Source: Cetorhinus maximus (taxonomy: Eukaryota). Taken from it: a stretch of DNA of 64,000 bases. Position 1 is the stretch's first letter. Each line of letters opens with the position of its first letter. The notes below the pieces were generated by a model, which had not been told where the DNA came from, did no database searches, and was given only the letters and a program-made list of their open reading frames with translations. A program made the position numbers and the translations under genes. The stretch is taken from positions 21,638,001-21,702,000 of the forward strand of contig NC_135884.1 in the NCBI RefSeq assembly GCF_964194155.1, written 5' to 3'. This document shows positions 39,212-51,227 of the stretch, piece by piece.

Positions 39212-42200
39212 GAGGGATCCGTCTGCTTATCAGCTCTTTATTTGAGCACTATCCTGGCCTGTATCTTCAAAGCTATTCTGTGTAGTCACCACACTGAGAT
39301 TTCATCATGGTCCAATGCTGCAAACTCATTTGCAGCTGTGGAATTTGGGAGCATTTGGACATCAAGGCAATCCAGGACAAACACATCTGCAGAAAGTGTA
39401 AGCAGCTAGAGGAACTCCAGATCAGGATTATTGATTTGGAAGCCGAACTGCAGACACCTTGCAACATAAGGGAGAGAGAGAAATACCTGGACACTTTGTT
39501 CCAGGAGATGGTCATACCTCTTAGAATAGGGTCAGCTGTTTTGGTCAGTGGTGAGGGACAGGGGGATGTGACAGTGAGTGAGGCAGGTAAAGGGACCAAG
39601 CCGACAGGAGTAGAGGAGACTCAGACTTTGCAATTGTCAAACAGGTTTGAGGTGCTTGCAACCTTTCTGGACAAAAGCAAGGTCTGCAGGGTGGATGAGC
39701 AGGCTGGCCACAGTACAGGAAGCCGTTCAAGCCGGGGAGCAGGAGAGCAAAAAGGAATATAGTGATAATAGAGTACAGTCTAGTGAGGTGGATTAACACT
39801 GTTCTCTGCAGCAAAGAGCAAGAGTCCAGAAGGCTGTGCTGCTGGCCCAGTGCCAGGGTTCGGGATATCTGCTCAGGACTGGAGAGGAACTTACAGTGGG
39901 GAAGAGGGAGGGTCCAGTAGTCATGATCCATGTAGGTAGCAATGACATAGGCAGGACAAGGAAAGAGGTTCTGCATAGCCAGTATGAGGAGTTAGGCACT
40001 GAATTAAGAAGCAGAAACTCAAAGGTAAAAATCTTTAGATTATTACCTGAGCTGCCTGCAAATTGGCATAGGGCAGATAAGGTTAGAGAGCTGAATGTGT
40101 GGCTCAAAGACTGGTGTGGGAGAAGTGGGTTCTGGTTCGTGGGGCACTAGCACCAGTACTAGGGAAAGTGGGGGCTGTACCATTGGGACAGTCTACACAT
40201 GAACCATGCTGGGATCAGTGTTCTTGCGAACCGCATAACTAAGGAAGTAGAGAGCATTTTAAATTAAATAGTGGGGGCATATCAAAGAATAGAGACAAGC
40301 TAAGAGATGAAGGTATTAATATGGGAAATGATAAAAGGACCATGACAGGAAGGGACAGAGAGTACAAGTCTAACAGTAAACTAACAGATAAGGTCAGAGG
40401 TTACAAAATAATAAAAGGACAAAACTTAAGGCTGTGTATCTGAATGCATATAGCATTCGAAACAAACCAGATAAACTGATAGTGCAAATAGAGATAAGTA
40501 AGTACGATCTAATAGCCATTACAGAGACACGGCTGAAGGATTACATAGATTGGGACCAAAATATTGAAGGGTATGCGACATTTAGGAAGGATAGGAAATT
40601 AGGAAAAGGTGGACGGATGGCTCTGTTAATTAAAGATGACATTAGCACGATAGAGAGGGATGACCTAAGTTCAGGAACCAGGATAAACAAGCGGTTTGGA
40701 TAGAGGTGGGGAATGATAAAGGCAAGAAGTCACTTGTGGGAGTGGTGTACAGGCCCCCTAACAATAATCACACAATAGAATGGAGTGTCAAAGAAGAAAT
40801 ATTGGGAACTTGTCAGAAAGGCACTGCGATTATCTGGTGGATTTTAATCGACATATAGACTGGAAAAATCAAATGGGCAAAGATGATGAATTCATTGAAT
40901 ATTTTTGGCATAATTTCTTAGATCAACACGTTCCAAAGCCAACCTGGGAACAGGCTATACTATGCAATGGTATTATGCAATAAGATAGGATTAATTAATG
41001 ACCTCATAGTGAAGGCGCCCCTAGGTAGCAGTGATCATAATATGATTGAATTTTACACTCAGTTTGAGGTAGAGAAGAGCGGGTCTAAGACTAGTATTTT
41101 AAATTTAAATAAAGGCAATTATGAGGACATGAAAGCAGAGCTAGCGAAAGTGAACTGACAATTTAGGTTAAGGGATAGGTCAATAGAGATGCAGTGGCAG
41201 ACATTTAAGGGGATATTTCAGAATACACAGAATAGATACAGTTCAATGAGAAAGAAAAATTCCAAGGAGAGGACCCACCATTCGTGGTTAACTAAAAAAG
41301 TTAAAGATAGTATCAAACTTTAAAGAAAGCATATGATTGCGCAAAGATGGTTGGCAGGTCAGAAGATTAGACAGAATATTAAAAAAACAGCAGAGAATGA
41401 CTAAAAGATTAATGATGTGGGAAAAATTAGACTACAGGAGAAAGCTAGCTAGAAATATATGATAGTAAGAGTCTCTACAGATATTTTAAAAAAGAGTTAA
41501 CAAAGTGAGCGGTGGACCTATGGAAAGTGAGTCTGGGGAAATAATAATGGAAAATAAGGAGATGGCAGATGCACTGAGCCAGTATTCTGCATTGGTCTTC
41601 ACTATAAAGGATACAAGTAACATCCCAAAAATAGCTGTAAATCAGAGGCAGGATTTTATGCGTCGGTGAGCGGGGGCAGGGCCCACTCGCCAACGTGTAA
41701 AATGACGCGCGGTGACATTGGACGGAACTCCTGATGTCACCCCGCCCCATTTAAATTTTCAGGTAGGCGGGGGTGCAGCGAAATCAGCTGTGCACCCGCC
41801 GACCTGTCAATGGCCAATTGAGGCCATTGACAAAGTCAATTAAGTAATTAAAGGACCTGCCCGTCCAACCTTAGGGTTGGCGGGCAGGACAGGAGCCCCA
41901 ACGTGAATTAGAAAAAACATGAAACCTCATCCACGGGTGGGATGAGGTTTCATGTAGGTTTTTAAAAATTTTAATAAAGTTTTTGCAAAAATTATGGACA
42001 TGTCCTAACTCACGTGACAGTGTCACATAAGGGGACATGTTAGGAAAATTTTATTTTTCTATTTTGAGCTTTTTTACATTTAGAACGATCTCCCTGAGGC
42101 AGCACTTAGCCTCAAGGAGATGAATGTGCTCTTTCATGTGCATGCGCGAAAGAGCACGCTCTCGATTTTGGGAATCCCCCCCCCCCCGGCACAGGAAGTG

Positions 42201-44000
42201 CATAGCACTTCCGTGCAGACGTCACGCTGGGCGGGCCTTAATTGGCCTGCCCATATAAAATGGCGCCATGCCCCCGATTGCCCCCACCTGTGCACACCCT
42301 TCAACTTTGCCCCCAACAGGGGGGAAACCCTGCCCCAGGAATTGGAAGGGAGGGAGGAACTCAAGAAAATTACAATCACCAGGGAAGTGGTACTTAGCAA
42401 ATTGTTGGAACTTCAGGTTGACAAGTCCTCGGGCCCTGATGGATTTTATCCTAGGGTCTTAAAAGAAGTGGCTAGTGAGATAGTTGATGAGTTGGTTTTA
42501 ATTTTCCAAAAGTCATTAGATTCATGGAAGGTTCCTTTAGATTGGAAAATAGTTAATCTAACTCCTTTATTCAAAAAGGGAAAGAGACGGAAAGCAGGAA
42601 ACTATAGGCCAGTTAGCTTAATATCTGTCATAGGGAAAATGTTAGAAGCTACTTTTAAAAATGTTATAGCAGGGTAGTTAAATAAATTCAAGGTAATCAG
42701 GCAGAGTCAACATGGTTTTGTGAGAGGGAAGTCATGTTTAGTCAAATTATTGAAGTACTTTGAAGGAGTTACATGTGCTACGGATAAAGGGGAACCGGTG
42801 GATGTGCTGTACTTAGATTTTCAGAAGATATTTGCTAAGGTGCCATATCAAAGGTCATCGCAGAAATAAAAGCTCATTGTGTAGGGGGTAGCATATTGGC
42901 ATGGATAGAAGATTGGCTAGCTAACAGGAAACAGAGTAGGCATAAATGGGTCATTTTCTGGTTGGCAGGATGTGACGAGTGGTGTGTCACAGGGATAAGT
43001 GCTGGAGCATCAATGCTTTACAATTTATATAAATGTCTTGGATGAAGGGACCGATGGTCTGGTTGCTAAATTTTCTGATGACACAAAGATAAGCAGGAAA
43101 GTAAATTCTGAAGAGGATATAAGGAGGCTACAAATAGGTTAGGTGAGTGGGCAAAGATCTGGCAAATGGGGTATCCTGTGGGAAAATGTGAAGTTGTCCA
43201 TTTTGGCAGGATGAATAAAAAAGAAGCATATTATCTTAATGGCGAAAGATTGCGGAGCTCTGAGATACAGAGGGATCTGGGTGTCCTAGCGTATGAATCG
43301 AAAAAGGTTGGTATGCAGGTACAGCAAGTAATTAGGAAAACGAATAAAATGTTATCATTTGTTGCAAGGGGAATTGATTACATGAGTAGGGAGGTTATGC
43401 TTCAGTTATACAGGGCATTGATGAGGCCACATCTGTAGTACTGTGTACAGCATTGGTCTCTTTATATAAGGAAACTTGTAAATGTGTTGGAAGCAGTTCA
43501 AATTGAAGCCATTCTCTTTGAACTACTAGATTAATACCTGGGATGAGCAGGTTGTCTAACAAGAAAAGGCTGGACAGGCTAGGCTTGTATCTGCTAGAGC
43601 TTAGAAGACTAAGAGGCGACTTGATTGAAACATATAAGATCCTGAGGGAACTTGACAGGGTGGATGTGGAAGGGATATTTCCTCCTGTGGGAGAATCTCG
43701 AGTTAGGGATCGCTGCTTAAAAATAAGGGGTCGCCCATTTAAGACAGATGAGGATTTATTTTTCTCTGAGGGTTGAGAGACTTTGGAATTTTCTTCCTCA
43801 AAAGGTGGTTGAGGCAGAGTTTTTGAATATCTTTAAGGCAGAGGTAGATAGATTCTTGATAAGCAAGGGGGTGAAAGGTTATTGGGGGTAGGCAGGAATG
43901 TGGAGTTGAGGTTAAAATCAGATCAGCCATCATCTTATTCAATGGCGGAGCAGGCACAAGGGGCTGAGTGGCCTACTCCAGCTCCTATGTTCATATGCTT
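39212..44000 (+). mobile_element. Full-length decayed CR1 LINE
   Basis: ORF1 with a Cys-rich finger and coiled coil (39307-39762) and an SGNH esterase-like part (IHVGSNDIG). ORF2 endonuclease (YLNAYSIRNK, IAITET, LGSSDH) and RT (KSSGPDG, GNYRPVSL, FSDD). Degenerate 16-bp flanking duplication at 39196-39211 and 44001-44016 (13/16 identical). Confidence 0.9.
41646..42335. mobile_element. TIR element (Harbinger-like MITE), orientation A, inside CR1 ORF2
   Basis: AGGCAGGATTTT...AAACCCTGCCC, TSD CAG/CAG. The CR1 sequence resumes directly afterwards. Confidence 0.87.
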
Positions 44001-44123
44001 GTTGCAGTCTGACCAAAACGTTGTGGGTTGTCTCATGTCATGTAGCACAATCTAAGACTGTTCAGCATGTCGTAGCTGTACTCAATCTTGCTGCCACTCT
44101 GTTTGACCACCGATGAACACCAT

Positions 44124-44826
44124 GGGCAGAATTTTACTGTCAGTGAGCGGGGGGGTGGGGCCCGCTCACCGACACGCAAAATGACGCAGGATGACGTCGG
44201 GCAGAACCCCCGACGTCATCCCGCCCCATTTAAATTTTCAGGAAGGCGGGGGCGCAGCAAAATCAGCTGCGGGCCCACCGACCTGTCAATAGCCACTTGA
44301 GGCCATTGACAGGATCAATTAAGCAATTAAAGGACCTGTCCATCCAACCTTAAGGTTGGCGGGTTGGCCAGGAGCCCCAGCGGCAACTAGAAAAAACATG
44401 AAACCTCATCCAGCGGCGGGATGAGGTTTCATGCAGGGTTTTAAAAATTGTAATAAAGTTGTTATGTAAATTATGAACATGTCCCAACTCGTGACATTGT
44501 CACATGAGGGGACATGTATGGCATTTTTCTTTTCTCTATTTTTAATATTTTTAAAAGTCGATGTGGTCTCCCTGAGGCTGCACTTAGCCTCAGGGAGATG
44601 AGTGCGCTTTTTCGTGCGCATGCGCGAAAGAGCACACTCTCAATTTTAGGGATTCCCCCCGCCCGCACAGGGAGTGCACAGCGCTTCCCACCGGACGTCA
44701 TGCTGGGTGGGCCTTAATTGGCCCGCCCACATAAAATGGCGGTGCGGCCCCAATTGCTGCTGGCGATCGGCTCCATGCCTGCCCGCGATTGGGCCAGGCC
44801 CACCCGACAAATGGAAAATTCTGCCC
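44124..44826. mobile_element. TIR element (Harbinger-like MITE), orientation A, at the PBS/LTR junction
   Basis: Perfect 12-bp TIR GGGCAGAATTTT/AAAATTCTGCCC, TSD CAT/CAT. Confidence 0.9.
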
Positions 44827-46869
44827 CATGTGTTTTTATGATGATATAAATGCACCAATCACTCATAAGGGGTTGTGTACATTGTGGGTTCATTTATTTA
44901 ATCTTGGCAGATGAGAACATATATTAAAAGGTATAAAACTTGAAGACATCAGCAGCAGGGCTGTGTGTGCTATATCCTGCTCCAGGCCAAAGTAAAACTG
45001 ACACTTAATCACGTAACCCACTTCCCTTCTAGTGATGGCATGCTGCTGCCCTTAAAGCTATATTACAACAAGCAATTCCCCTGCTCCACGGGACCCTCCG
45101 AGAAAATCTCCAAGTTGTCGGAGACTTAAGACGGTTGTGACTTGCTTACCTGGACAGTTCCCCAGGAAATTTTAGACAGGAAAAACCCGATTTAACACTT
45201 GGGTAACTATACAACTGACCCTCAAATCACTGAAACTGACTCCTTCCCCCCACCTGAACCCCCAATACAACCTGACTAGTCCCCACCACCCGACTCTCCC
45301 TTGACTCGACCTGGCTACTTCCTGACCCACCTCACATAACTACCCACCTGCCACCCTACCACCTTACCCACTTACCTTGCCTACCCTACCCCTTATCCAA
45401 CCTACCTCATTCCCCACTTGCCTTGCCCACCCTTCCCCTTTGCCTAACCCACCCCAACCCCTTACCCATGCTATCACCATACACAATTACCTTACGTACT
45501 TACCTTCTCTCTGTAGCTGCTTTCAAAGCAGCTTTTGGACATTTAAACTTTTTATTTACTGGCAGTTGGCAGATAGTGCTGTAAATAGGGACTGTGGTTT
45601 CTGTGCAGATTCTCTGCATTGTACCCTATGAGGCTTGCTCACTGGGTTGGATGTGAAGGGTCCTCCATCAGAAAGACTGCCTTGAAATATTGGTGGAAGG
45701 TAGGTGCGAATTATTTTGTCTGGTCAGGGTCAGAAATAGGCTTTATGATCCTGATCAGAAGATTTGGGCCATAAATTCCAGGATCATTAGCCGATTTAAT
45801 ATGGCTGCAGTGTTTCTACATGATACCCAGATTAAAAGCTGCAGGAAAGTCACTGTGCCTTCTTAAGAGAATCTGGATATGCTGGCCAGAACTTCGTAAA
45901 GAGTCTGATAATTGAATACTGGGGAGTATGGAAAAGGTTTGTGGATGTGTTTTGTAAATCATGAGCAGATGAATCAGTGAGGAGAGATGGTGACTAGGAG
46001 TTACTAGAAGTACAAAAGAATTCTAGATGGTTAAAATATATGTAAGAGGGAATATAACCTTGTTTGAGGATGGAAGAAGAAATGTCAAAATAGGTCAAAT
46101 GGGTAGGAGTCTAAAATAACTGTGTCACCACCCACCTTATCCAAAATTACCATGGACCAAATTAGGAGGTGGGTTCATCAAGGGTAGTGAGCTGGAAGAT
46201 GTAAGGGTGCAGTCGGACCTGGAATATGCAAACAGTGTTTTCATCCTTGCCATATCTGCTGCCATCATGATAACCGAAGAGGTGAGTACTGAAGCAAAGA
46301 AATAGAGTCTCAATATATTTTCTCAAAGGTGAATGTTATCTCTATTTGAGGAAGAATACAGAAATATAAACGAAGACTGAGAACATTGATGTTAAGAAAG
46401 TAGAAGTAGTGATGGGCTTATTGATGTGGGGGAAAAGTTTAATGTGCTCGGACATTTATGAAGGCCACATGAAGGAGAGGGATACATATAATGGGTGTTA
46501 GTATTCAGTCAGGACCTCTCTATGGTTTGGAATCCATGATCCTTATGCAGGTGCAGAAGTAAAAATTGGATCACGCTGTTGGAAGTAACAAGGTGTGTGA
46601 AATAATAAGAAGGAACATTCTAAGTGCAATTACAGCATGTGTTAAAGTAAAAGGATTGACTACACAGTTGAAGTTCAAAACTCAGAGATTATGGAAATTC
46701 GCAAAAGACCACCAAGGAGAAGAAAGCTGCTGGTAGGACTGTGAATGGGAAATCCTAAATGGAAGTGTGACAATGGACAGACAGTTGTGGAAATCAGCAC
46801 AGAGAAAGAGTGAAACAAATGTTTATGGTTGTCTCTGACAAGTCTAATTATGATGAGTGATCTTCTCTT

Positions 46870-47495
46870 CTTAGCCAGTCCCTCAGGATCAAGGATGACT
46901 TGCTTCTGCTCTGGTTCAATGGATTCTGAGATTGCGGATAAATCTAGTGCGTGATCTGTAGACTCTGCCACACGTGGGGCATGTGGTGCTTGGATAGTGG
47001 GGTAGATGTATTATTGGGAGGTTTATGCACTCTCTCCAATGCCTTGATTTCACCTCTGCATGTTCCTGACAAAGTCTCTTGATGTATTTGGTGTCTTCCC
47101 TTGGGACCTTCTCCATTTTGGTCGTTCACAAGCTAAGGGCTCCCATTGAGATGTTTGACCATGACAAAGATACTTTAAGGGATACATCCCTAAAGCATTT
47201 CTGTTGTCCTCCTGGGAGCTTTCTGCCACAACCGAGTTCTGAGTAGAGCAGTTGCTTTGGGAGTTTGATGTCAGACATACAAAGGATATGCCCTGCCCAG
47301 CAGAGCTGGTTTTGAGTGATTAGCTCCTCAATGCTGGGCATGTTGGCTTGGGACAGGATGCTGTTGGATCACCTCTCTTGCCATTGGGTTTGGAGGATCT
47401 TGCGAGGGCACAGCTGGTGGTACTTTTCCAGCTCTTTGAAGTGCCTGCTGCAGATTGTCCAAGTCTCTGAAGTATATAGGAGAATGGGGATTGCT
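46870..47495 (-). mobile_element. RTE-clade LINE 3' fragment
   Basis: QNQLCWAGHILCMSDIKLPKQLLYSELGCG and a C-terminal CPTCGR finger. Similar to 28400-29122. Confidence 0.85.
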
Positions 47496-48793
47496 CTTAT
47501 TTGCTTCAGAGACTTGGACAACCTACTGATGAGTGACATATCATCAATAGCTGTTTAAAATCTGATTAATGCAATCAAATGCACTTGAGTTTGATGACAA
47601 AGCAGGAGAAATTAAGCTGAGGACTGTAGGCCACATTCTGATCAAGTAGATTTTGAGTCTGTTCTCCTAATAATGTAGGTAGTAGTTAGATTCTAAGTAG
47701 CACTTTAGATTCAAATTTAACCTGATCAGCTTGACATTGGCCACAGAAACGTAATGAGCAAACCACTGACATGAAGTATTCATAATCAAGGTACTTTATA
47801 CATTTATCTGCATCATCCCTCCACCCCCCCAGCAAAGTAAATAAATCCTTTACCGTGTGACATGTTAATGGGACATTATTTGAACCAATCCTTCAACTGA
47901 AATTTGTAGAGCTATAATTAGTTTTTGTACTTCAGTTGAAACTATCCATTTCTACAGTAAGGCATTTTTTTCCCCAGACTATTAAATTAACATATTACAA
48001 AGTAGTCTTTATCTTTACGGAATTGACTGGGATAAAGAAGAATTGTTTTGAGAAACATCACGAACTTGAGTAAAAGTCCAAAAATGGCCTTATGGTGATC
48101 AGAGATAGAACACTGGGCCTATACTCGAATGTTTACCCCATTGTGCATGGATTATGCTTGTTAGTGTTTCACATTTAACCAGGCTTTTGAATATGGCTGT
48201 CTCTATGTGCCAGATTTTTCCACCTACACGAGTCTTTGTTCTGTGGCATGATTTGTTATTCTGGTGAGTCTAGCGACGTGCTTCCTGGCTGCTTCCATCT
48301 ACATCAACAAAATGTGATTTCATCTCCCATTTTCCTGTTGTTAGTTCTCCTCATTCTGTTCAGTGTTCATCTTCCAATGAACTGTTACTTCAATTTGTGT
48401 ACCCATGTAGTCTATGTTTTTATATGTTGGTCACACTGAATATGTGAATACATATATATCTTCAAAATAAGATGTAAATAAATCTACTCTTCACTTTTTT
48501 CCCCTTCTACCTCCTGCAAGACTTTTTCACATGCATGGATATACATTACATTAAATTTTTTAGTAACAGAATAACGTGGCTTTTACTAGGTTACACCACA
48601 TTGGATCTTTGCTTATTTAACCAATGCTTTCCATGAGTTCTACAATTGCCTTTTTTCCAGTTTTATTGCAGTTCTCACCGACCCCACTATGCACGAAACT
48701 GGGTCACTTGTGTATGCTTATAAAGTCCTAGTGACTGTGGACTTCAGCTCACCGCACTGCCTTAAACAAATTCTGCCTCTTTATTGTTTTTAG

Positions 48794-49171
<378 letters not shown>

Positions 49172-51107
49172 CTGACCATTTCTGTGCAAAAACAGAACAA
49201 AAAAAAACTGCTGGCTGATAAACTGTTCTGATTGTGCTCTTCTATGCTCTGTAGCAAGAAGGGAAACTGCTGGAAGGATGATTTCTTGTTTGGCTGACCC
49301 TCCTCAAGATAGAGATCCTGCATGAATGTACATTTCCCAAATTTCACTGGAAGGACCACAACCGAGTGCATCTAAGGCAATTTATCCAATCCACTGATCT
49401 ATGACTTTTGAAGTGCTTGTGCGGCATGGACTTAATTGTATAGTTTAAATTAAGAAAAACGACTTTAAAAATTGAAGTTGCAATGCTCAACTTGCACAGT
49501 AGAATTGCACCAATTGAACAGAGGAACTTTATAAGCATTTATTAAATACCTACAAAGTTTATCTTCTTTGTTTCTTGGCATGTTGCCTTGTTTCTGCTTA
49601 ATGGCTCTTACAACTTTACTTTATTTATGTCCTGAAGAGAATGTAATTTGTTTACAAAACCTGTAGATAACTTTGTTTATTTGTAGGGTATAAGTTCTGC
49701 TGACGTAGTACAAGCAGTTCTTGTTGAGTACTTCTGTAATATTGAATTCTAGATGTTTCATTACAACCGTGTACTGAATTTGCCTGCTTTTTTGTTCAAT
49801 ATTGTAGATATTGCTAGCAGAAACAAAGAAGCCAAAATATAACAGGGAAATATTGTTTAAGTGGTATCCTAATGTTAATTGATCGTGGACAAAAAATGCA
49901 GCATGGCTTTCTTTATTTCCTAGAGTATATCTTTAGGTACTAAAGTCCTCTGGATTTTTTTTTCTTTTTTAAATAAATGCTTGAATTTTATTTTGGTCTT
50001 TCTCAGACTCGCAAAGGCCAATTTGAAATGTAATTTGATTGAACTGTCTGCTATATATAAACACCTGCTTGTTAAAATAAGATGTTTCAAAATAACTGTA
50101 ACTATCCAAGCTTGTGATGGGTTTATTAGAGCTGATTGCAAAATAAGTTATATTTGGCTTTGTCTATATGGGGAAAAGAAAATCAAAGTAGTGTTGAAAT
50201 CTTGTGATATTGTGTTGATTTTTTTTCCTTTAGTGGCTTATTGGATTTTTAAAAAAAAAATCACAGCTTGAGGGCTGTCAAGTTTTAGGAAAAAAAGTAA
50301 CAAAACAATCTGGGTTGCTTTGTTTTTTTTCTTTTTTTTAAACAATCTTCATATTCCGCACTCTCCAACTACGATGAAACTTTCTGTGACCTATTTAGAT
50401 GTGCTTTGTGTGGTTTTATCAAGCTTGTCTTCCTGCAGATACCTACTAAATACATTGCAGCATCTCAGCAGTATTCTTTAAATCTACTTACTGTGCTTTC
50501 CTAAGGGGAAGCCATTAAAAGCTTGTCACAAGAGTGAGACAGAAGCGCTTCAAGACAGTAATGGCCCTATGTATTTTTTATTCGGGGTATTGGGGCTAAA
50601 TGTCTAGGAAGCAGTGAGCATGAAACAATCTTTGCATCATGGACAACAAAGAAACTTTTTTTTAAACTTTCACTTTGATTCTGTGACCCGTTGAAGGTCC
50701 AGTTGGAAAGATGAAACTTTTAAGAACTGTCTGTGCCCTGCGAAAGAGGAACATGCCTGTAGTTCTGAGTTCAGGCATCTCTGAATTTGCCAGTAAATCC
50801 TGTGTATATAATTAACACATATAAAGTAAGATACATTTAAAATAAGATGCATATAAATCTGGGCTTCTGTGGGCATGTATGTGTGACGTAGCTTTTGTTT
50901 AAAATCAAATTAGATGCGATTCCAGCCAGTCACAGCTACAGGCCACACATTTCTTCACGAGCTACGAAGATTTTGTTTCTTTTGGCATCTGGTTAGTGCA
51001 GGACAGCCTAAAATGAGGGCATTTAAAGGATCAATTTATTAAAGTCATTCTGCAATGCAAATATGCTTGCTTCTACATAATGTATTTATCAGCATGAGTT
51101 TTGTGAA

Positions 51108-51125
51108 AATAATAATAATAATAAT
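51108..51125 (+). repeat. (AAT)n microsatellite
   Basis: About six AAT units. Confidence 0.8.
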
Positions 51126-51217
51126 AAATTGCAGCAGTATATTTGGCAATTTGGCCCTGTCTGGGCAATGACGTGTTCATCCATCTGTTTTTATGAATTT
51201 TTTACCCAGACAATAAT

Positions 51218-51227
51218 TGTAAATAAA
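51218..51227 (+). terminator. Candidate polyadenylation signal overlapping a TGTAAATA (Pumilio-type) motif
   Basis: TGTAAATAAA followed by T/GT-rich sequence. One of several candidate signals. Confidence 0.45.

Larger units (their letters stand above)
34835..45070 (-). mobile_element. Gypsy-type LTR element lacking RT/RNaseH, interrupted by several insertions
   Basis: LTR copies at ~34835-35491 (with an insert at ~35020-35440) and ~44829-45070 share acatcagcagcagggctgtgtgtgctatatcctgctccaggccaaagt and end in tattacaaca. Flanks are GGCAA/AGCAA and the PPT is AAAAGGGAGG. Gag starts at 39007 (MSTKFPSLSWD), with a Cys/His knuckle at ~37600-37700, protease at ~37030-37400 and integrase remnants at ~35800-36850. 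Confidence 0.85.
34702..45770. mobile_element. Older TIR element split by the LTR retrotransposon
   Basis: ATA|AGCCCAGATCTTC at the left and GAAGATTTGGGCC|ATA at the right. About 830 bp remains once 34835-45070 is removed. Confidence 0.6.
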
